Shown here: positions 1-11,725 of the stretch, piece by piece | Numbering within the stretch: position 1 is the stretch's first letter | Layout: each line of letters starts with the position of its first letter | Assembly (NCBI RefSeq): GCF_001194135.2 | Contig: NC_069005.1 | Coordinates: 11,565,797 to 11,607,798, forward strand | Length of the DNA stretch: 42,002 nt | Source of the DNA: Octopus bimaculoides | Lineage: Eukaryota | Direction: 5' to 3' | The notes under the pieces: generated by a model | What the model saw: the letters and a program-made list of their open reading frames with translations, nothing else | What the model was told of the DNA's origin: nothing | Database searches by the model: none | Position numbers and translations under genes: made by a program

Positions 1-32
1 GCATGCCCAACCCCGGAAGTCACCGCACGCCA

Positions 33-96
<64 letters not shown>

Positions 97-719
97 AACA
101 CAGAATTTAAAGACGGACAAAATGTCACTAAGCATTTCATATATGTACATATGCATATGTATATACTCACACATACATATACATATATATATATATACAT
201 ACATACACAGGTATATACACAGAGACACAGACGCGCTCATTTACATACAAGCACACATACACATATATTTGAATATGTCTGTTGTTTATATATCATAATC
301 GACCATTGACGTCACCCAGCTGTAAAACCAAAACAATTACTACAGAAGCAGTAATACCTAGAACAGCAACAGCAGCAACAAAAAGCGATTACAGCAGCAG
401 CAACAAGCATCCTCAAAGCAACAACAAACCCACTATCAAACACTTTCCAAAAGAAAACTTCCAACTCATTCCTTCACCTCTTCGTCTTCAGCAGAAACAC
501 AAACATGAATGCACACTTAATCAACAACTCACCTCCACACATCTCTCAATCAGAGATCTTGCAGAGCAATGAAATCAATTAAAGCTGGAGACCAACCTAA
601 GGAGATCAGTGACAAAGGGGGGGGGGGGGAGAAAAACAGAAGACAGCTGCCGGCAGATGAAAAGCTACAACATGTTCACTAGCTTTGTCTCACTCGCATA
701 AATCATAACCACCATCAAT

Positions 720-855
720 CAAACTTCCCCACCAATCTTCCCTGTTCAGCATGTCTCCTAGGTAACAAAATGTCTCAACTCCTTTCACCTTTGAATTATT
801 TCCAAGATCCAGCTCAGCATTCTCTTCATATTCAGCTCCCTCCATACACACCTTA
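720..855 (-). mobile_element. RTE-like LINE RT C-terminal fragment
   Basis: Minus translation KVCMEGAEYEENAELDLGNNSKVKGVETFCYLGDMLNRE contains the V-x-x-FCYLGD RT motif. Confidence 0.6.
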
Positions 856-1278
856 TCTTTTTATCTTCTATCAGTTTCAGCCATTGGGCTGTGGCCATGC
901 TGGGGCACTGCCTTAAGGGGTTTTAATTGAACAAATCGATCCCAGGACTTATTCTTTGTAAACCTAGTACTTATTCTATCGGTCTCTGCTGTGGGGGTGT
1001 AAACACACCAACAACGATGGTCAAGCGATGGTAGGAGAGACAAACAGAGACACAAAGACACACATACAAATATATATATATTTACATATTTACACACACA
1101 CACACACACATACACACATATGACAAACTTCTTTCAGCTTCCGTCTATTAACAAATCCACTCACAAGGCTTTGGCCAGCTTGAGGCTATAGTAGAAGACA
1201 CTGGCGCAAGCTCCACAGTGTGACTGAACCTAGAACCTTGTAGTTGGGAAGCAAACTTCTTACCACACAGCTACATCT
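853..1278 (-). mobile_element. tRNA-derived SINE family A
   Basis: Reverse complement matches the intact copy at 36895-37302. Confidence 0.85.
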
Positions 1279-1307
1279 GAACCTATTTTATATATTTAAA
1301 AAAAAAT

Positions 1308-1425
1308 CTGGTACTTATTCTATCAGTCTCTTTTTGCTGAACTGCCAATTTACAGGGACATATACAAACCAACACCAGTTATCAAGTGGTGGTGGAGGAC
1401 AAATGCAGACACAAAGACACATACA

Positions 1426-1494
<69 letters not shown>

Positions 1495-1650
1495 ACGGGC
1501 TTCTTTCAATTTCTGTCTAAAAACTCCACTCACATCACAGCCGAAGGCTATAGTAGAAGACACTTGCCCAAGGTGCCACGCAGTGGGACTGAACCCGGGA
1601 CCATATGGTTGGGAAGCAAGCTCCTTGCCACACAGCCAGACCTGTGCCTA
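1308..1650 (-). mobile_element. SINE family A, 3'-truncated, with expanded internal (CA)n
   Basis: Head gtgccacgcagtgggactgaacccgg matches family A reversed. Confidence 0.85.
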
Positions 1651-1852
1651 TACATATAAATGTAGCTGTTATATTAACTGATATTGTCTTACACCACTAC
1701 CTTTTTTCAGTGAAGTCACCCAGAGCATGTACATATAAAAGACCTCATTGCGACAGCCTTCTTGCAAACTGTACACAGTCACTTCCTTTCTGTTTCCCAC
1801 CTAATCTTAAGCTTTAATTTTGCCTTTGTCTTGCTAATATTTACTGTTTCCA

Positions 1853-2050
1853 TAAGGCAGGGAGCTGGCAGAATCCTTAGCATGCCAGGAAAAATGCTTA
1901 GCAGTCTTTCGTCCATCCTGATATTCTGACTTGGCCTTTCAACCTTTTGGGCTCAATAAAATAAATACCAATTGAACACTGCAGTTGATGTAATCGATTT
2001 GCCCCCTCTCCCAAAACTGCTGGCTTTGTGCCAAAATTTGAAATCAGTAT
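1853..2050 (+). mobile_element. tRNA-derived SINE family B
   Basis: ggcagggagctggcagaatc...gcctttcaaccttttggg...ccaaaatttgaaa matches the other B copies. Confidence 0.8.
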
Positions 2051-2410
2051 TTACTGTCTTCTTCAATCCAACCATATACACTCTCTGCTACTAACATGAA
2101 ACTTTATGTGTGTGTGTGTGTTTGTGTATGTGTGTGTGTATGTGTATACATGCATGCATACATACATACATACATATATGCATATATATAGTAGAAAGGA
2201 TTATTATTATTGTTATTAATGTAGTGAGCAGGAAGAATTGTTAGCACACCAGCTGAAATGCTTAGTGGCATGTTGTCTGTCATTACATTCTGCATTCATA
2301 TATAAACACACACATATATATATATATGTATAAGATGGAATCTCCTATTGAAAATGATGTATGAGTGTTTAGTTTTTGCTGAACAAACTACAAATATGAT
2401 TTGTTTATAG

Positions 2411-2480
2411 CAGGGGTCGCCAAACTTTTTCGACCATCGACCCCCTTTAGCCACTTCTCCTCCCACATCGACCACCCTCC
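2411..2480 (+). mobile_element. hAT (Charlie-like) left terminus, partner end not found
   Basis: CAGGGGTCGCCAAACTTTTT terminus preceded by GTTTATAG. Confidence 0.5.
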
Positions 2481-2761
2481 TCATTTAAAATATCTTAATA
2501 CTCTACTCTACCTTACCATATCTTAAATGCATACCAGGTATTGATGCTGGCAATTAAAATATTAGCTAAAATATACATGTATGACAAATTAAGAAATTGT
2601 ATTGGAGATGACACAGTTTTTACATTTAAAACTGTGTGAAAAACAGTTTTACACATCAATTTATCTTTTGTAGAAGAATGTCAATGTTTGAAACTGGTTT
2701 CTGTTGAGATAGATCAAGTTTATTGAAGCAAGGTGACTTGTAGAAAATATCAATTCTATTT

Positions 2762-2993
2762 ATTCATTTCAAATTTTGGTACAAGACCAGCAATAAGACC
2801 AGCAATTTTGGCACAAGGCCAGCAGGTAAGTCAATTACTCAAACCCCATTGCTCAGCTGGTACCTATTTTATCAACTCCAAAAGGGTGAAAAACAATGTC
2901 ACCTTGACAGAATTGGAATCCAGAAAGTAAACACAGATCAAATGTTGCTAAGCATTTTACCCTGCATGCTAATGACTCTGCCAGCTCACCACC
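2762..2993 (-). mobile_element. SINE family B
   Basis: Reverse complement of B consensus, ending ctgccagctcaccacc. Confidence 0.75.
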
Positions 2994-3529
2994 CGAATTA
3001 ATTTTATTTATTGGTAGATATTTAGTATCATTACTGGAGTAACAATGAAGTTTAATTTCACAGTGAAAGGGATAAGATTCATTAATTACAATATAAAGAG
3101 AATAAGGAATGTCATCAATATTATAATCTATTTCATTAGTGTAATCATCTTCATCATTGTTGCTATCATTAGTTGACCCTTTTATGGTGGAAATTCCATT
3201 TCTCTTAGCTGTGGAAATTCCATTACTCTTAACTGCAGCAGACAGTTTTAACTACCAATCTATCTTTTGTTGATGAAGGTCATATTTAAATCTGTTTTTT
3301 TTTCTTTGAGATATGTCAAGTTGATTGAGGCAGAAAATATTGATCCTATTTTTATGATAGATGTTTAATATCATTACAGGAATAACCATGAAATTTAATT
3401 TTGCAGTTAAAGTGTTAATAAAGAAAGTACCAGTGAAATACTGATGTTGATTATAATTGATGGTACCCATCTCTCCATCCTTTGATTTGTGGTCCTGCGT
3501 CTCTCTTAGAAATCACTATTATAACACAC

Positions 3530-3980
3530 AAAGTTGGTGAGCTGATTGGATTGTTAACATTCCGGGCAAGATGCTTAGTGGCGTTTCATCTGTCTTTATG
3601 TTCTGAGTTCAAATTCCGTCAAGGCTGACTATACCTTTCAACCATTCAAGGTCGATTAAATAAGTACAAGTTGAAAGTTGGGGCTGAAGTAATTGACTTC
3701 CCACTCACCCGAAATTACTGGCCTTGTGCCAAAATTTGAAACCAATATTAGAACGCAAAAGCAGCATGCTGGAAGAAATGTTGGCAAATCAGACAAAAAA
3801 TACGAAGTGACATTTCTTCCAGTTTTGTTACATCCAGGATTCAAATCCTGCCGTGATTAACTTTCATTCTTGTGGGTCTGATAAGATAATGTACCAGTCA
3901 AGTACTGGGGGTTAATGTAATCGACATTCCCCCCCCCCTCTCCTCCAAACTGCTGATTTTGATGCCAAAATATGAAGCAC
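3530..3980 (+). mobile_element. Two head-to-tail SINE B copies
   Basis: Two successive units each with gttca/ggattcaaat B-box region and aagtac...gccaaaat 3' part. Confidence 0.75.
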
Positions 3981-5764
3981 TACTACACACATTGCACACA
4001 TAGCACCAACACCACCATACACACATAACACACTAATACAGCAAGAACAATACTATCAACAACAATAACTACACAAACAACAACATCAGTAGCAAATAAA
4101 ACAATCAAAGCAGTGATGGTGATGGTGATGGTGATGGTGATGGTGATAGAAGTTACATAAAGTAAAATATTTTTTCTATTTTTCTTCACCTCTCATTACC
4201 TCACAGATGAGTGAATGGTGGTGGTGGTGGTGGTAGTGATGGTGGTGGTGGTGGTAGTGGTAGTAGTGATTATGGATATGATGATGATGATGACGATGAT
4301 GGGAGGTGATGAGAAGTACAAAAAAAACAGAATCTAGAAAGAATGTTTGGAAGCTGATGTAACATGGCAAAACAGCAAATTATGCAACTTTTTTTTGTGA
4401 TGAGGTGGTGGTGNNNNNNNNNNNNNNNNNNNNNNNNNNNNNNNNNNNNNNNNNNNNNNNNNNNNNNNNNNNNNNNNNNNNNNNNNNNNNNNNNNNNNNN
4501 NNNNNNNNNNNNNNNNNNNNNNNNNNNNNNNNNNNNNNNNNNNNNNNNNNNNNNNNNNNNNNNNNNNNNNNNNNNNNNNNNNNNNNNNNNNNNNNNNNNN
4601 NNNNNNNNNNNNNNNNNNNNNNNNNNNNNNNNNNNNNNNNNNNNNNNNNNNNNNNNNNNNNNNNNNNNNNNNNNNNNNNNNNNNNNNNNNNNNNNNNNNN
4701 NNNNNNNNNNNNNNNNNNNNNNNNNNNNNNNNNNNNNNNNNNNNNNNNNNNNNNNNNNNNNNNNNNNNNNNNNNNNNNNNNNNNNNNNNNNNNNNNNNNN
4801 NNNNNNNNNNNNNNNNNNNNNNNNNNNNNNNNNNNNNNNNNNNNNNNNNNNNNNNNNNNNNNNNNNNNNNNNNNNNNNNNNNNNNNNNNNNNNNNNNNNN
4901 NNNNNNNNNNNNNNNNNNNNNNNNNNNNNNNNNNNNNNNNNNNNNNNNNNNNNNNNNNNNNNNNNNNNNNNNNNNNNNNNNNNNNNNNNNNNNNNNNNNN
5001 NNNNNNNNNNNNNNNNNNNNNNNNNNNNNNNNNNNNNNNNNNNNNNNNNNNNNNNNNNNNNNNNNNNNNNNNNNNNNNNNNNNNNNNNNNNNNNNNNNNN
5101 NNNNNNNNNNNNNNNNNNNNNNNNNCTTGTATGTATATACATATACATGTATATACACACAAAACCTCATACACACACACAAACATATTTATATATACTC
5201 ATATACCCACACTCCTATCTCTCCAGACAGATTTACAATAACACACGCACACATGCGCACACACAGACATATAATACACACACAGACATATACACATTCT
5301 TTGTACATGCATTCACACATTCCTCACATATACATTCCTAACATACACACATGTCTGTCATACTTACGTTCATGCAACATGCACATTCATGCAGTCACAC
5401 TCAACATGTTTACACAACTATGTTATTACACACAGAAATCATACACATATATATATATATGCATTTACATGCACACACAGACACTTGTATGTATATACAT
5501 ATACATGTATATACACACAAAACCTCATACACACACACAAACATACACATGCACCTACTTATGGCTACATATTATATACAAAAGCACCCATCCACCTTAT
5601 GCACAAACTCACCCAAAATAGCACACAGACACACACACACACACAACCATACATACACACACAAGTACATAAGCACATACATGCACATATGTATGTACAT
5701 ACACACACATACACACACACACAAAGCGCCTCTATAAACCAACAAAGAAGCTCTATACATAACC

Positions 5765-5960
5765 GCAACCTGCTAGAAATAGTAGCCAAACTTTCCTTAT
5801 ATCACACCTGGCCTTCTTTAAAAAGGGATGGACACATTGCATAATGTACTCCAAGATACTCTTATAAGTATATGGAATGGTGATGGCCAGAATACTTTTG
5901 ATTCTAACTCTGTTTGATCATGACTGACCTGTGGCTGAATTAATCCATTGCTTGGGTTAT
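5765..5960. repeat. Interspersed family F (unclassified); other copies near 11853, 12056, 17930, 19060, 20070, 35420, 37755
   Basis: Recurrent motif cctgctagaaatagcagccaaatctcc...cacacc in both orientations. Confidence 0.6.
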
Positions 5961-6194
5961 AGCTACCAGATGTTTCTTGGATGTCATTAGCAGAAAAGGC
6001 TTTGTTTGTAAGCATTTGGTTAGCTAAGGGGCCAAGTCTGAGGCCTAAAAATACATCGTTTTTTTCACCCCAGTGATCCTTGGATCTCTGAAAAGGGTCA
6101 AGAGTGAAGGGCATTGTCTCATTTTATTTAACACACACACACACACATACAGATATATATATACAAAAAAAATCTTTAAATGTAAGTGTATAAG

Positions 6195-6294
6195 TTTATG
6201 GTGGCATCTTGGGCAGGTGTCTACTGCTATGGCCCTGGGCTAAACTATGATTTGTGAGTGAAATTGGTAGATGGAAACTGCTGAATGGAAGCCA

Positions 6295-6300
<6 letters not shown>
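6195..6300 (+). mobile_element. SINE family A middle fragment
   Basis: ggcatcttgggcaggtgtct...gtgagtgaaattggtagatggaaactg. Confidence 0.7.
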
Positions 6301-6336
<36 letters not shown>

Positions 6337-6593
6337 TGAGTAGGTGTGTGCGCATGTGTATGTATATGTGTGTATANNNNNNNNNNNNNNNNNNNNNNNN
6401 NNNNNNNNNNNNNNNNNNNNNNNNNNNNNNNNNNNNNNNNNNNNNNNNNNNNNNNNNNNNNNNNNNNNNNNNNNNNNNNNNNNNNNNNNNNNNNNNNNNN
6501 NNNNNNNNNNNNNNNNNNNNNNNNNNNNNNNNNNNNNNNNNNNNNNNNNNNNNNNNNNNNNNNNNNNNNNNNNNNNNNNNNNNNNNNNNNNNN

Positions 6594-6599
<6 letters not shown>

Positions 6600-6624
<25 letters not shown>

Positions 6625-6830
6625 CCCTATATACTCCTTATTTGCTTCCTTTTCCAAAATAACGCCTTAAACTGAACTCTAATATTTCCCTCTATTTAAC
6701 AATCTCACAGCGTCTCTGATGAAGGGATATCCCTAATATCATAGAAACAGCTGTAAGACTAGCTTTCTCTTTATAAATGTCCTGAAAATTCCACACACCC
6801 TTGGCTTTGTTGTCTCATTTTATTTAACAC
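6600..6830 (+). mobile_element. Probable Penelope-like / retrozyme terminal fragment carrying the hammerhead
   Basis: About 230 bp of non-microsatellite sequence between (TA)n and (CA)n containing the hammerhead motif; no ORF. Family assignment is inferred from the ribozyme. Confidence 0.4.
6712..6759 (+). ncRNA. Minimal type I hammerhead ribozyme motif (Penelope/retrozyme type), stem II degenerate
   Basis: GTCT-CTGATGA-(AGGGATATCCCTAATATCATA)-GAAA-C-AGCT-GTA-AGAC: conserved core, 4-bp stem I (GTCT/AGAC), palindromic AGCT stem III loop, GUA cleavage triplet. Confidence 0.65.
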
Positions 6831-7015
6831 ACACACACACATACAGATATATATATACATACGTACACACACCATTCTTCATGTGTAGATGAGAGAATTC
6901 CCTAGACGTGGTGTTCAAGAGAGCCAGAAGGTAGCATTCACTGGGGTGATGGTAGGGAAACAATGCCTTCCAAATGCAGTTCATTGAACAAACTTATTCT
7001 TTAATCAGGTAGATG

Positions 7016-7070
<55 letters not shown>

Positions 7071-7500
7071 GCAAGCATGCACTCGTCTCCTGTTTCTTCA
7101 GACACCAGGTCATATCGGTCTGCTACAAGTAGCAGTCAAAATCCTCTCTTACACCATACTCTACTGGGATGACCTATGATGACATGTTGAAGGGTGGGCA
7201 GGCTGAAAGGGCGTGAGAAGAGGGAAAGAATCTGGAAGTAGGGGAGACAAGTGGTGGGACAAGTGTGACAGCAAAGTTTTATATCTTCAAATTAATTTCT
7301 CTCCTCCCAGCTTTTCCCTGAAGAAGGACTCTGTCCAAAACGTTGGATTTTTCCATTCTCCATAGCAAGCTAATGATATGGATTTTGTTGATTATACTAA
7401 ATAATACAAGCCTTGCTGACACAGCCCAATTGGAAACCTTTCGGAGTTTGTTTGAGCTTCTATATGGTGATGATGATGGTGATGATGACTGTGATGATGA

Positions 7501-7534
<34 letters not shown>

Positions 7535-7694
7535 GGTGGTGATGATGATGATGATGATGATGAAGAAAAGATGCAATGATTTTCTAATGTTTGTTGCGCT
7601 TCATACATTGAAACCTCGAAGAACAAACACATACATACATACCTACATACATACACACATAAATACATACATATGTACATAATATACATACACG

Positions 7695-7736
<42 letters not shown>

Positions 7737-7959
7737 TGTATATATATATGTGCATATGTATGCATATACACAAACACATACATAGATATATAAACATATA
7801 TAGATATGTAATTGCATACACACTTAGAGTTATGCATATATGCATATGTGTGTGCGCATGTGTGTGTGTGTATGTATGCATGTGTGTGTGAGTGTGTGTG
7901 CATGTGTGTGTGTCTAAATATATTTATACACACATATCTGCTTGTATACATAAGTACAG

Positions 7960-8026
<67 letters not shown>

Positions 8027-8888
8027 NNNNNNNNNNNNNNNNNNNNNNNNNNNNNNNNNNNNNNNNNNNNNNNNNNNNNNNNNNNNNNNNNNNNNNNNNN
8101 NNNNNNNNNNNNNNNNNNNNNNNNNNNNNNNNNNNNNNNNNNNNNNNNNNNNNNNNNNNNNNNNNNNNNNNNNNNNNNNNNNNNNNNNNNNNNNNNNNNN
8201 NNNNNNNNNNNNNNNNNNNNNNNNNNNNNNNNNNNNNNNNNNNNNNNNNNNNNNNNNNTGTATATATATATATATATATATTCACACAAATAGACACATA
8301 CTCAGGCATGTATGTGTGATTAGGTTAACAGCAACGATATAACATCTATATAAACAAAATATTTTTCCTCCCAAATGATGAAGTTAAGATTGCTTATTAT
8401 AATTATTATTATTATCATTATTATTATTATCATTATCATTATCATCTTCATTTCAGGATGAAAAAGGGGAAAAATATTAACTGAAATATTATATAAATAA
8501 TAAAATAAAAACAAAAAAAAAACAACAAAAGAATAAAAAAAGAAGTAAAATTGCTAAATCTAATATAATTTTTTTAACAATTTATTTTCTTTATATGGAT
8601 TATATTTATCTATACATCAGTTGTCTAGAAACTTTTAAACTGAAAATATTTCGGTGAGAAATTTTCGTTTTATCTATATTTTGGGGCCTTGTTTATTCTT
8701 TCAGTTTATTTATTTGTTGGTTTATCTACTTTTAAATTTGTGCATGTGCGTGTGTGTTTGGGGTGGGTACTCTTGTTTGTGTTTGTGTGCATGTTTATAT
8801 GTTTCTATATTTTACACATATTTGAAGGGGTTAAATATGAGTATTTGGGTATGTGTGTGCATATATGTGTGTGCATACATACTTGTGC

Positions 8889-8947
<59 letters not shown>

Positions 8948-9714
8948 TATATACACATATATATACATATATATATATGTATGTATATCAATATGGCTAT
9001 GCATGTTTGTTGTGGATAGTATTATTTCTGTGAATATATGTTTATATATTTTGCACATTTTGGATGAATTTAAGTATGGGTTTGTATGTGTATATGTGTG
9101 TGTGAGTGTGTGTGTGTGTGTGTATGTGTATTCTGTATGTGAGTGTATGTGCGTGTGCATGAGTGTGTCTATGTGTGCATGAGTGTATCTATGTGTGTGT
9201 GTTTGTGTGTGAATGTGTGTGTGTGTGTGAGAACAAGCATGAACACATGTAAGGTTTCAGTTCTGGAGTTTCACTTTCAATATCAATCACCACCACCACC
9301 ACCACCACCACCACCACCAACAACAACAACAGCAACAACAACAACAGCAACAACAACAACAACACCACCACCACCACCAGAACCACTGCCAACACCAAAA
9401 TCAATAAGTGATCATCAATGTTATTTGCTGATATCTTCCTTTCTTTCATTTCTACCTTTCTGTTTATCCTTCTTTCTTTCCTTCCTCCCTCTGATCCCCT
9501 TCCTCTACCCTCTCTCTCCTTCCCTCCCATCTCTGTTCCTATCATGAATCAACCATCCAGCCATCCAACCATCCAGCCATCCAACCANNNNNNNNNNNNN
9601 ACCATCCAGCCATCCAGCCAGCCAACCAGCCAGCCAGCTATCTTGATATCACAAAATGTTTTGCAACAACACTGACGATATCTTTCATTGAAAATAATTC
9701 TCTCATCCCAAACA

Positions 9715-10235
9715 GTCTGCTCCACCTCACTTCATCGCATTCCACCACATCTCACTCCACTCTGCCTCACTCGACCCTACCACACTCCATTCCACTCCAC
9801 ATACACACACACACACACACTCCATTCTACCTCAATCAACTTCATGCCACCTCACACATTACACAGTACCACTCCTATCCACCTAATCCACTCCACCTCA
9901 ATAGACTCCACTCCACTTCAATAGACTCCACTCCACTCCACTCTACCATACTCAAACTCCACCCACTCTACTTTAATAAAGTCTACACCACTGCACCAGA
10001 CTTACCTCCACTCCACCTCAATAAGTTCTACTCAGTTACATCCGCTTCATTCACCCGCTTCAATAAACTCCACTCTACTCAACCTCGATAAACTCAAACT
10101 CACTCCAACTCAATAAGTGCTACTCCACTCCACTGCAATAAACTCTGCTCCACTCCAACTCAATAAGTTCTACTCCACCCCATTCCACTGTACTCTCCTC
10201 CTCTCACTCAATCTGTAAAACTTCCACTCCACTCC
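9715..10235. repeat. Degenerate (CTCCA)n satellite with CAATA-containing higher-order units
   Basis: Repeated cactccac interleaved with ctcaataagttctact / caatagactc. Confidence 0.8.
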
Positions 10236-10397
10236 ATGTCAAATAGATTGTTATGTTATATTCTTTTTAAACAAATGAAATCGGAAGCCAATCCATAATC
10301 ATTTAACGTCCACTTTTCCATGCTAGCATGGGTGAGAAGAACTTTGTTGAGGTAGATTTTCTATGACCAGAAGCTCTTCTGTTTCCTTGGAAGGAAA

Positions 10398-10830
10398 TAG
10401 TGTTTTGAGTCAACAGTTTTGCAATATTCTTTTGGTAACTTACTAAGGCGGCAAACTTGCAGAATCATTAGTCTACCAGACAAAATGCTTAGTGATCTTT
10501 CATCTGTCCCTACATTCTGAGTTCAAATTCTGCCAAGGTCAGTTCTGCCTTTCATCCTTTCAGGGTTGATAAATAAAGTACCAGTTGAACACTGAGGTCA
10601 ATGTAATCGACGTAACTCCTACCCTGAAATTGCTGGCCTTGTGCCAACATTTGAAACCAATATTTCGGTAACTTATTTGTTTTATTCGTCAAGTTATATA
10701 TAACAAAAGCAGCCAAGCATTCAAAGTAGAGGCCACCATGTTGCACCGTCTGAAGTCACCTCTCTGCCAGGTCTTTGATCCCATGCTGGTACCAGCTCTC
10801 CACTGAAATTCTCCAGCCTCCACTTAGTTT
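10398..10830 (-). mobile_element. mariner (Tc1/mariner) 3' remnant with TIR, interrupted by a SINE B
   Basis: TIR at 10398-10427 matches the 27531 TIR at 26/30. Minus translation WYQHGIKDLAER*LQTVQHGGLYFEC resembles the mariner transposase C-terminus. Confidence 0.75.
10445..10660 (+). mobile_element. SINE family B nested in the mariner end
   Basis: B consensus flanked by near-identical tttggtaactta (10431-10442) and ttcggtaactta (10664-10675), a probable TSD. Confidence 0.85.
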
Positions 10831-11067
10831 GTTGGTTCCACCTCCTCTTTGTCTGTGAGCACAGGATGAGCCGTGGCATCGACGATTTGACCATCCAGAA
10901 TGAACTTGTAATGAATTACCCACTCATAATTTCACAAACTGCAGAGCATCACCTTGTGTTTGAAATGCCCATGTTTGGCAACAAGTTCCTGAAGTTGCTC
11001 CTCGCTTAACTACTGCTTATGCACATTAAGGCTACAGAAGAATATGTCCCTCACATTATTACTTGAC

Positions 11068-11235
11068 CCAATCTATGGTTCATATCCTGTACTTGCAATG
11101 CTTCATCAGCCAAAAGGAAGTGGATGCTTCAGTAAAGAAATTCTTTGCTTCAAAGGACAATAAAGAGACCTGGGATCAAAGAACTGACATGGAATCAAAG
11201 GACAACATGGGATCAAAGAACTGACAAAAAAGTGG
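11068..11235 (+). mobile_element. Second mariner C-terminal fragment, opposite orientation
   Basis: QSMVHILYLQCFISQKEVDASVKKFFASKDN...GIKELT; tgggatcaaagaactgaca is duplicated. Confidence 0.6.
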
Positions 11236-11425
11236 CCCAGGGCCACATTATCCAGTCCAGGTTCTAAGGTGGTAGGCATGGATGTGGCAGATGCTGTGAT
11301 AAGAAATTTACTTTGCTATGAAACACCTTGGGTGAGTTCTTCTACTATATCTCCAGGCAGACCAAAGTCATCAGAGTGATTTTGGAAACTAAAAGAATCC
11401 CATCATATGAGTGTGTGTGTATGTA

Positions 11426-11467
<42 letters not shown>

Positions 11468-11499
11468 TGTGTGTGTTTTATTGTGTCCTTGCCTTGGCA

Positions 11500-11725
11500 T
11501 TGAGAGATAAGTGTAAACACGTGTCACCATTATGAAAACAATGCATTTTGGTGTTCAGCAATTTCTGTGGAAGCATGTCCGGTTATGAGGAAATATTGTC
11601 TTATGTGGACACAGTAAGGATTGGCAAGGAGAAGGTCATTCAGTCGCAGAAAAATCAGCCTTGACAAATTTCATCTGGCTCATGCAAGCATGGAAAAATA
11701 GACATTAAAATAATGGTGTTGATGT
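11500..11725 (+). mobile_element. Old SINE C-like 3' portion
   Basis: ggattggcaaggagaaggtcattcagtc...catgcaagcatggaaaaatagacattaaaat resembles the family C 3' end. Confidence 0.55.

Noticed and set aside
1690-1800. Possible minus-strand exon VGNRKEVTVYSLQEGC...
   Set aside because: No polypyrimidine tract, weak donor, no family similarity.
7279-7579. MDFSILHSKL... ORF with acidic/Gly tail
   Set aside because: Tail is (GAT/GGT)n; no splice support; the opposite strand looks weakly like a decayed LINE end.
11097-11112. Second CTGATGA on the minus strand as a hammerhead
   Set aside because: No properly placed GAAA or stems; explained by the mariner coding remnant.
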